Positions 57,652-64,000 of a stretch of DNA of 64,000 nucleotides are shown in pieces (the stretch's first letter is position 1; the number at the start of each line of letters is the position of its first letter). The stretch is from IMG/VR virus record IMGVR_UViG_3300025168_009799, positions 25,750 through 89,749 of that record; one strand, written 5' to 3'. This stretch comes from a virus. The notes under the pieces were generated by a model. It made no database searches. It worked only from the letters and a program-made list of their open reading frames with translations, and was not told the DNA's origin. The position numbers and the translations under genes were made by a program.

Positions 57652-58436
57652 TAGAAAGGCGCTTCAACAGTTTCTTTAACTCCATTTTGAGGTTTATCAG
57701 GCATTGTCCAATCTTCATCTTCGTTAATAGTATCTGGAGATACTAAAGAAGCTGTTGATACATGAGAACCCCATTTTAAATCTACATTGAAGTCTGCATT
57801 AAATGATCCATACTCGTCGTTAAGAGAAGTAACAAAATGATCATCTCTTTGTGGTTTAACTCTACCAAAGTGTTTTACATAAGTTGTTTGATATTTACTA
57901 TCTTTAACACCTACTAATAACCTAACTTCATTATTAGCTAATGCATGAACTAAAGCTTTAATTTCTGCTACAGCTCCAGTAACAATAGCAGGCATAGTAT
58001 CATAAGATACTTCATCTCCTCCTGCTACATTAGCCCAAGATTTTGTAAAATTAATTAATGTTTCTTCACCTACAAATGCAGGACGTTGATTTTCTGGTTT
58101 CCACCAATCATATGTTGGAGCTGCTTCAGACCAGGTAGTTTGACCAACAGAGTTTATCCATTGTAATTTACCTGATTGAGATTTTCTTTCATGAGGCTGC
58201 ATTAAAATCTCTACTTTAACTGTAGTGTCTTCATTCTTTACCCAAAATATAATTTTGTTATATTCTTGATCAGAAAAGGATACTCTATAATTAGGTTCTG
58301 TTTTTACAGGAATACCTAAATCATGTAGTTCTGTCATAGTAGGATTAACTGCTATAACTTTAAAATTGGAAATACCAGAGTAAAGTTTTACTCCACCTGC
58401 TACTTCTTGTGTGCTGTCATTGCTTTTTATTGCCAT
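57651..58436 (-). CDS. Putative ssDNA-binding protein
   Basis: KLYSGI...VIAVNPT N-terminus, acidic tail ending EAPF, located between Sak4-like ATPase and primase. Confidence 0.55.
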   Translation of the reverse strand: MAIKSNDSTQEVAGGVKLYSGISNFKVIAVNPTMTELHDLGIPVKTEPNYRVSFSDQEYNKIIFWVKNEDTTVKVEILMQPHERKSQSGKLQWINSVGQTTWSEAAPTYDWWKPENQRPAFVGEETLINFTKSWANVAGGDEVSYDTMPAIVTGAVAEIKALVHALANNEVRLLVGVKDSKYQTTYVKHFGRVKPQRDDHFVTSLNDEYGSFNADFNVDLKWGSHVSTASLVSPDTINEDEDWTMPDKPQNGVKETVEAPF

Positions 58437-58457
58437 GTTTTATTTAGTTTTTAATTA

Positions 58458-58844
58458 TTAATATTCGAATTCATTAGTATCATTACCAACTACTTCTGAC
58501 GTTGTCATATCATAGTCATCTTCATTTTCATCTTCAAAAGAGTCAACATGATTTTCTGTTAATTCTTCTTCTACAGGGATACTAGTTTGGTTAGGATCTA
58601 CCGCATTTTCAGTGTCATCTACAAATTCAAAAGATAATTTTCTAACTTTCTTAGCTTTCTTACCTTTTAATGTAGGATGTTGAAATATTTGAGTTACTTC
58701 CCAAGTTTCTAATCCATATTTAGTTTTAATTCCGTCTCTGTTGATTCCATTCTCTAAATCTGTTATAATTTGTGTAGTAGTAATCTTTGCAGGCGTTGCT
58801 TGTTTTACAACTGTACCTTCAGTTGGTTCTTTTGCTTCAATCAT
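58458..58844 (-). CDS. Hypothetical protein with HTH-like N-terminus and acidic tail
   Basis: IITDLENGINRDGIKTKYGL...FQHPTLKG followed by a D/E-rich C-terminus. Confidence 0.55.
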   Translation of the reverse strand: MIEAKEPTEGTVVKQATPAKITTTQIITDLENGINRDGIKTKYGLETWEVTQIFQHPTLKGKKAKKVRKLSFEFVDDTENAVDPNQTSIPVEEELTENHVDSFEDENEDDYDMTTSEVVGNDTNEFEY

Positions 58845-58863
58845 TTTTAATCTGTTTAATTAG

Positions 58864-59562
58864 TTAATCAATAAATATATCTGACCAATTCATAGGCATG
58901 GTCTTTCCTTTCAAATGCTCACATCTAGATCCTGCAACTATATCATCCATAGAATTAAATGAAACCATAGTTTCTTCTCCTTCTCTGTATATATAACCAA
59001 CAGCATCAGCGTTAGCACATGTAATCTGCTTAATTTTACCAGTTAAATCAAGGTCCTTAACTGCAACCTCTTTACCTTTCTTTTCAAGCATTTTATCCTT
59101 TAAGTGTCCAACTAAGATAATATGATCCGCTAGTTTGTTCAAGTTATCTATCCATTTTTTGTAGGCCATTCTTAAATATAAGTAGCCAGCGCCATTAGGC
59201 AGTGATAGTATCGACATACCAGGATTCTTAGTTTCAAAGTTTTTACCCATAGGAGTCTTCATATAAATTTTCTTACCTTCTTCTTCACACCATTCTTCTA
59301 ATTTAGAAATAGTGTCAATAGCAATATATTTATATGGTTTTTCTTGTTTGAATATTTCTCTACCAACATCAGCAAGTTCTTTAAGATTAGATACTTTAAT
59401 TTTTAAAGCATCAATCATATCTGAACCGTCTTCTAAGTCAATAATTAAACAATCTTCAAGCTGTGATAATATAGTGGTTTTTCCAATTTTAGGAGCTCCA
59501 TATATTATCATGTTCTTAGGCGATTTACGGCTAGCCTTAACCTTTGTTTTTGGTAACTCCAT
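58864..59562 (-). CDS. Sak4-like AAA ATPase (AAA_24)
   Basis: YGAPKIGKTT Walker A, IIDLEDG, IAIDTIS and LVGH motifs. Confidence 0.85.
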   Translation of the reverse strand: MELPKTKVKASRKSPKNMIIYGAPKIGKTTILSQLEDCLIIDLEDGSDMIDALKIKVSNLKELADVGREIFKQEKPYKYIAIDTISKLEEWCEEEGKKIYMKTPMGKNFETKNPGMSILSLPNGAGYLYLRMAYKKWIDNLNKLADHIILVGHLKDKMLEKKGKEVAVKDLDLTGKIKQITCANADAVGYIYREGEETMVSFNSMDDIVAGSRCEHLKGKTMPMNWSDIFID

Positions 59563-59565
59563 AAT

Positions 59566-59709
59566 TTAATCATTTTCATACCACACACCATAAACTTTTA
59601 CATTATGAGGCGCAGTACACATTAATACTTTTTTTTTAATTTTTGGCCCTTCTTTTTGTTGTTTTGACCAGTACTTTGGATTCTTGCTGTTTAGCTTTCT
59701 TTTTTTCAT
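59566..59709 (-). CDS. 47-aa basic hypothetical protein (not in the ORF track)
   Basis: Translated by hand as MKKRKLNSKNPKYWSKQQKEGPKIKKKVLMCTAPHNVKVYGVWYEND*. Confidence 0.5.
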   Translation of the reverse strand: MKKRKLNSKNPKYWSKQQKEGPKIKKKVLMCTAPHNVKVYGVWYEND

Positions 59710-59735
59710 CTAATTTTCTTATATTTTCTATTAAT

Positions 59736-59903
59736 TTATTGTTTTGTTTTCCCATATTCTTTAAGTTGTTTATTTTTACAATCAAGCTCAAGTAATAAGT
59801 TTTGTTCTGAATTATACATTAGTATAAACATAAGATATGCTCCACAAAATAATCCCATTGATAAAGTAACAGTTATTGCTGTTAAGTTAGTTAGTATTTC
59901 CAT
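59736..59903 (-). CDS. 55-aa single-TM protein (not in the ORF track)
   Basis: Translated by hand as MEILTNLTAITVTLSMGLFCGAYLMFILMYNSEQNLLLELDCKNKQLKEYGKTKQ*. Confidence 0.55.
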   Translation of the reverse strand: MEILTNLTAITVTLSMGLFCGAYLMFILMYNSEQNLLLELDCKNKQLKEYGKTKQ

Positions 59904-60081
59904 TTAATTGATATTTAGTTATTAATTCAGTTCTTTTTTTCTTTAAATCATAAATTTTTGCTCGTGGAGGTCTAGCAATAGAACATTCACTTTCAACTGT
60001 ATTAATTCTATTTGCTTTTTCCATCTTTTTAATAGTAGCGTTAAGATTCATAATGATCTCTTTTGCTTTATCTTCACCCAT
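59887..60081 (-). CDS. Small basic hypothetical protein
   Basis: Probable start MGEDKAK at 60081, coupled to the collagen gene stop. Confidence 0.5.
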   Translation of the reverse strand: MGEDKAKEIIMNLNATIKKMEKANRINTVESECSIARPPRAKIYDLKKKRTELITKYQLNGNTN

Positions 60082-60626
60082 TATTCTGCTCTTCTCCAAT
60101 TACCAACTCCTCCACCTAATCTATCTTCAGGTCTTAGATCTTCTTCTTCTCCAAGTAAATGTCTTATGTAAGAATTAGCCATTTCTAATTTATCAATTCT
60201 TAATTCTAAGTTTTTTACTTCACCTGCAGCTCCTGCTGGACCAGCGTCACCTTTTTCTCCTTTATGTCCATCAGCACCTTTTTCTCCTGTAGCGCCTTTA
60301 GGACCTCTAGGACCTGTTTCACCGGTTGCTCCATCAAGACCGTCTGTACCATCTTTACCTGCTTTAGCTACAATACCGTCTTTACCATCTAGACCATCTT
60401 TACCGTTAAGTCCATTTTCTCCGTCTTTACCGTCGTCGCCATTTCTACCAGGTAAGCCAGTATCGCCTATAGTACCTTTCTCTCCTTGAGGGCCTTGGTC
60501 CCCTTTTTTAAGTTTAAAGTTACTATTTGCTATTTTTGTTACAATTCTACTCTCAATTTGTGACGCAATGTACATACCTGCAGCTATGCCTACGCCTAGC
60601 ACAGTACATAAAATTATTATTTCCAT
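60081..60626 (-). CDS. Membrane-anchored collagen-like protein
   Basis: N-terminal TM, 32 G-X-Y triplets with one Gly-to-Ala substitution, and a short C-terminal coiled coil. Confidence 0.85.
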   Translation of the reverse strand: MEIIILCTVLGVGIAAGMYIASQIESRIVTKIANSNFKLKKGDQGPQGEKGTIGDTGLPGRNGDDGKDGENGLNGKDGLDGKDGIVAKAGKDGTDGLDGATGETGPRGPKGATGEKGADGHKGEKGDAGPAGAAGEVKNLELRIDKLEMANSYIRHLLGEEEDLRPEDRLGGGVGNWRRAE

Positions 60627-60646
60627 AATTATTATTTTTTTAGTTA

Positions 60647-61600
60647 TTATTTTTTGTTTCTTTCATTAATAGTAAATGTTGACATTTCTGCCTCGAAAGG
60701 AATTATCCCTAACATACCATCCCTATTCTTTTCTATATGTATGGCTAGTAATCCCATAGGATCTTCACCGCAATAAGTATCTGTAATACCATATAAATCA
60801 TGTGGTCTTTGCAACATCATAACAACATGTGCATCCTGACCAATACTATCACCACCAAATAAATCTGTTAGTAATGGTTGGTACTGATTTTTAGCACGAT
60901 GCTCTTGTTCTATGTTACGATTCAATTGAGATATTAAAATATTAATAGTCCCCATTTTAGCTTGTAGCCACATACAACCTTTAGATACTTCATTTAGTTT
61001 TTGTAATTCATTTTCTTTATCACTTAATATGAGTCTAGAATGATCAAATACATTAACTATAGTGTAATCTGGTCGTTTATTGGTTATATCTACATTAGCC
61101 TCTTTAATAAATTCCATATTTCTAGGTATATTATTAAAATAAATAGGATAATGTGCGTATTTAAGAACTTCAGCTTTGAATGCCTCATAAGCATCTTTTT
61201 CTAACTTTCGTTCTACAGATAATAGTTCAGCAACTTCTTTATTAGTTCCTTTAGCTCCTGCACGCATGATCTGCTGATGTCCTGGCATCTCAAAACTCCA
61301 GTATAAAACTAATAGTTTTTTACCTTTATTATTATCTAGTAAATCAAATATAAGTTGATTACTAAATGCTGATTTACCTACACCTGGTCGTCCTGCAATT
61401 ACATACATTTTACCTGGTTGTAATCCTCCGAGTAAATTTCTATTTAATCTTGCCCATTTACTAGGATATACAAGACGTTGTCCTTTAATACCGCTTTCTA
61501 CTTGATACAAAGAAGCGCTAATAGATTTGTTGATACTTTTAAACCCTCTGTCTTTAAAGGGATCTAGTGATTCTTTTCTGATCGGTTGTTGTTTCATCAT
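60647..61600 (-). CDS. dnaB: DnaB-like replicative helicase (C-terminal domain only)
   Basis: AGRPGVGKS, SFEM, ISQLNR, IGQDAHVV and KNRDG motifs. Confidence 0.9.
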   Translation of the reverse strand: MMKQQPIRKESLDPFKDRGFKSINKSISASLYQVESGIKGQRLVYPSKWARLNRNLLGGLQPGKMYVIAGRPGVGKSAFSNQLIFDLLDNNKGKKLLVLYWSFEMPGHQQIMRAGAKGTNKEVAELLSVERKLEKDAYEAFKAEVLKYAHYPIYFNNIPRNMEFIKEANVDITNKRPDYTIVNVFDHSRLILSDKENELQKLNEVSKGCMWLQAKMGTINILISQLNRNIEQEHRAKNQYQPLLTDLFGGDSIGQDAHVVMMLQRPHDLYGITDTYCGEDPMGLLAIHIEKNRDGMLGIIPFEAEMSTFTINERNKK

Positions 61601-62087
61601 TTGTTATGTTTTCATATTTTTCCCAAGTATAATTATTTAACCATGTTTCTAAATTTTGCATGTATGATATGTCATCTCCTAGAATCTTTAATTGTTCATT
61701 TAGACATTCTATGATATAAGTATGTATAGATGTTCGACCTTTAGTGACTGCAAAGTATCTCTTTTTAGCTTTCTTATTTGAGTTAGCTTTTGGATCTTTT
61801 GCTCTTAACACTCTGACTCCTTGTGCTGTTCTTACTTTCCAAGGATACAATTCACATAGTTCTGTGAACATAGCATCAAAGTCTGTTAAGAAAAAGCCTG
61901 GAAACTTTTGTGTTATAAAATCATCTGTCATTAAAAATCCTTTAGTAGTCAATGAATATTTATTGGGTGAAAGAGATAATATATCTCTTAACTCAAGTTC
62001 TTGTTTAAATGTTAAATAAAGCCAAGTATAATCGTCAAGGCTTAATTCGTATTCTCTTAATATGTCTGTATCTATAGGTATTTCCAT
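61554..62087 (-). CDS. Hypothetical replication protein (replisome organiser/loader-like)
   Basis: F.ELCELYP...YMQNLETWLNNYTWE pattern directly upstream of dnaB. Confidence 0.5.
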   Translation of the reverse strand: MEIPIDTDILREYELSLDDYTWLYLTFKQELELRDILSLSPNKYSLTTKGFLMTDDFITQKFPGFFLTDFDAMFTELCELYPWKVRTAQGVRVLRAKDPKANSNKKAKKRYFAVTKGRTSIHTYIIECLNEQLKILGDDISYMQNLETWLNNYTWEKYENITNDETTTDQKRITRSL

Positions 62088-62263
62088 AATTGTATTAATC
62101 TGTAGTGTGTATCTATTCTATAACCGTCCTCATCTAATATACTAGTTTTCCAACTGAGTACCATATAGAGTCCCGTTTTGTCGTTTGTAAATTTTATATA
62201 ATCTTGTGAAATTAAGATATAAAAAAGGATTACAAATATAATCATATCAATCATTAGTTCCAA
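62072..62263 (-). CDS. Small membrane protein
   Basis: N-terminal hydrophobic helix; overlaps its neighbours. Confidence 0.45.
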   Translation of the reverse strand: MELMIDMIIFVILFYILISQDYIKFTNDKTGLYMVLSWKTSILDEDGYRIDTHYRLIQLWKYL

Positions 62264-62513
62264 ATTTTTTAGGGGTTATTATAAAGTCTGATGTAACATT
62301 TTCTATTACTTCCTGTACATCTTCAGGAGTGCAACTACAATCGAATGAGTTGCTAATTCTTTGTGAATATTCTTGGTAACTATCTGGAGCATGCTTGTCT
62401 GTAACTAGTTGAACAGCTACAGAAAGCAACGCTCTAGACAATTTCTTTGGTTCACATTTTATTGGGTTAGCCATTTTATATTTTTTAAGGTTTTTACTGA
62501 GCTTTTCAGCCAT
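62247..62513 (-). CDS. Hypothetical protein
   Basis: 88-aa ORF; the start may instead be MANPIK. Confidence 0.45.
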   Translation of the reverse strand: MAEKLSKNLKKYKMANPIKCEPKKLSRALLSVAVQLVTDKHAPDSYQEYSQRISNSFDCSCTPEDVQEVIENVTSDFIITPKKFGTND

Positions 62514-63640
62514 TTCTCTTCTTGAGAATCCTTAACATATATAATATAAACCTTACCAACCTTGCCTTCTTCATATCTAATTAATCTTCCTACTCTTTGT
62601 ATCATTGAAAGAGATTTAGAAGTTAACCCACATATGATACCGATGCTGGCACCTGGAGCATCAAAGCCTTGGTTTAAAGATTTAGTAGAACATAATACGT
62701 TAATTTTTCCGTCTGTAAATCTTTTTAAGGCTTCCTTTCTTTTCTTAGGTGTGACTCCACTGTGATATGCAGCAGCATATGGGTTGACACTTTCAGCAAG
62801 TTGACTAGTAAAAGAATTTTTACCTCCAAAAGATATGATCTTCTTATTTAAATTGGTATAAACTATGTCTTTAAATTTTTCTATCTTATTATCTGCGGTA
62901 TCTACTATGCTTTTTCTGTCTCTTATTGCTTTATAAAATCCTGCAGCATGCATCCTATCTAATGGATGTGCACTGTTATTTCCTATACATGCCTTTGCTA
63001 TATTAAAGGCATCAGGTCCTAAATGAATTTTATGTCTTACAAAATCTTGATTAATTGTATTGTAATTTACTCTTTCCTGTTCTGTTAGTTCTATTGGTAT
63101 ACAATATATTTCATACGGTGCTACTAGTCCCATGTCTACGCACTGATCTAAAGTGATCGAGTAAACTGTTGGAGCTAGTGACTGTAATTTCAAATTGTAT
63201 TCTACCTCTTCAGGTAAAGTTGCTGTCATACATAACAATCTTTCATAGATATTCTGTTCAAAGAATTTTCTGTACTCTGGACTTAATCCTAAATGTATTT
63301 CATCACATACTACTATAGTATATTGCTCATGCAATAATTTATAGGCACTGTGATAACACATAATTTCTACTCTATCTAAAACAGATTCAAAGTTCCATTT
63401 ATAAAACTCTTCTATAAATTGATCTTTTAATTGTGTTGTAGGTACTAAGAGAAGTCCGGTTGCTTGTAAGTCATTGCTAAGAGTATGATGTATAGCAGCT
63501 ACGCCACATCTACTCTTACCAAATCCTGTCCCTGCAATAATACTACCAACGTATCCGGCTTTAGCCCAAGAGTTCAAAGCTTTTCTTTGTTCTTGCGTTT
63601 TGTTATTATCTGTCTTCATTATTTTTTGTGTTGTTACCAT
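62459..63640 (-). CDS. Superfamily 2 DExH helicase (UvsW/XPB-like)
   Basis: AGTGFGKS, CDEIH, MTAT, QGFDAP and QRVGR motifs. Confidence 0.9.
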   Translation of the reverse strand: MVTTQKIMKTDNNKTQEQRKALNSWAKAGYVGSIIAGTGFGKSRCGVAAIHHTLSNDLQATGLLLVPTTQLKDQFIEEFYKWNFESVLDRVEIMCYHSAYKLLHEQYTIVVCDEIHLGLSPEYRKFFEQNIYERLLCMTATLPEEVEYNLKLQSLAPTVYSITLDQCVDMGLVAPYEIYCIPIELTEQERVNYNTINQDFVRHKIHLGPDAFNIAKACIGNNSAHPLDRMHAAGFYKAIRDRKSIVDTADNKIEKFKDIVYTNLNKKIISFGGKNSFTSQLAESVNPYAAAYHSGVTPKKRKEALKRFTDGKINVLCSTKSLNQGFDAPGASIGIICGLTSKSLSMIQRVGRLIRYEEGKVGKVYIIYVKDSQEEKWLKSSVKTLKNIKWLTQ

Positions 63641-63948
63641 GATCCTCTATCTAAATTTCTATTCATTACTTTAATGACTTTAGCTTTATTTACTCCTAAT
63701 TCTTCAGCCATTTTCTCCATAGTTTGATTAGGATTCCTATAAAAATAATCGATAATCAAAGAGTCTTCTTTATTTACTACAGTATAAATGTGCTTATCTT
63801 TCACTTTCTGTGACAAATAGGCAAGTCTTAAGTCTCTTCGATGTGCTTCTCCAATACCCACAGTAGGATCAACATCGTCTATAGTTTTGGTACTTCGTTT
63901 AAAATAATTTTCAAATTCTATTGTATTCCTCTTAAATAGTTCTTTCAA
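63634..63948 (-). CDS. HTH-containing protein
   Basis: C-terminal TMEKMAEELGVNKAKVIKVM HTH; start codon uncertain (TTG). Confidence 0.55.
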   Translation of the reverse strand: MKELFKRNTIEFENYFKRSTKTIDDVDPTVGIGEAHRRDLRLAYLSQKVKDKHIYTVVNKEDSLIIDYFYRNPNQTMEKMAEELGVNKAKVIKVMNRNLDRGSW

Positions 63949-64000
63949 GAAATTACGCTGTTTTACTTCAGCTACGAAGTTTCTAATTAAATCTTTATCT

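Noticed and set aside
1-64000. Stop-codon reassignment (TAG-to-Gln or TGA-to-Trp) as in some crAss-like phages
   Set aside because: Genes are full length and densely packed under code 11. TGA (e.g. 10303, 13020, 25779) and TAG (49545) serve as real stops.

Overview
The window is a 64-kb internal segment of an AT-rich, crAss-like (Crassvirales-type) podovirus genome. The host is probably a marine or environmental Bacteroidota/Flavobacteriales bacterium, judging from SprB repeats, Gln-rule signal peptides and a T9SS-type C-terminus. The + strand (1-46568) is the late region. It holds tail fibre/adhesin genes, an envelope cassette (outer-membrane beta-barrel, small membrane proteins, a thioredoxin-fold protein without CxxC, a T9SS-like Cys-repeat cargo), lysin and holin, ring/IHF-like/tail-tubular/muzzle genes, and six ejection (cargo) proteins including a 2796-aa virion RNA polymerase with a DFDID motif. 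The - strand (46549-64000) is the replication/middle region. It holds SF2 helicase, DnaB-like helicase, a collagen-like membrane protein, Sak4-like ATPase, primase, metallophosphoesterase, endonuclease, rIIA, spore photoproduct lyase, rIIB, 5'-3' exonuclease, dATP/dGTP diphosphohydrolase, a SET-domain protein and a DUF115-like transferase. The most striking observation is that the six cargo proteins (about 8,250 aa) contain, by manual scan, only four cysteines. All four sit at the facing termini of the three giant proteins (A C-term/B N-term, B C-term/C N-term), which suggests a head-to-tail disulfide-linked ejection chain. Other candidates are the phage-encoded envelope/T9SS cassette, SPL inserted between rIIA and rIIB, a multi-stem structured intergenic RNA/DNA element, and repeated xxxGG motifs in cargo proteins. 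All annotations come from motif recognition by eye; no searches were run.
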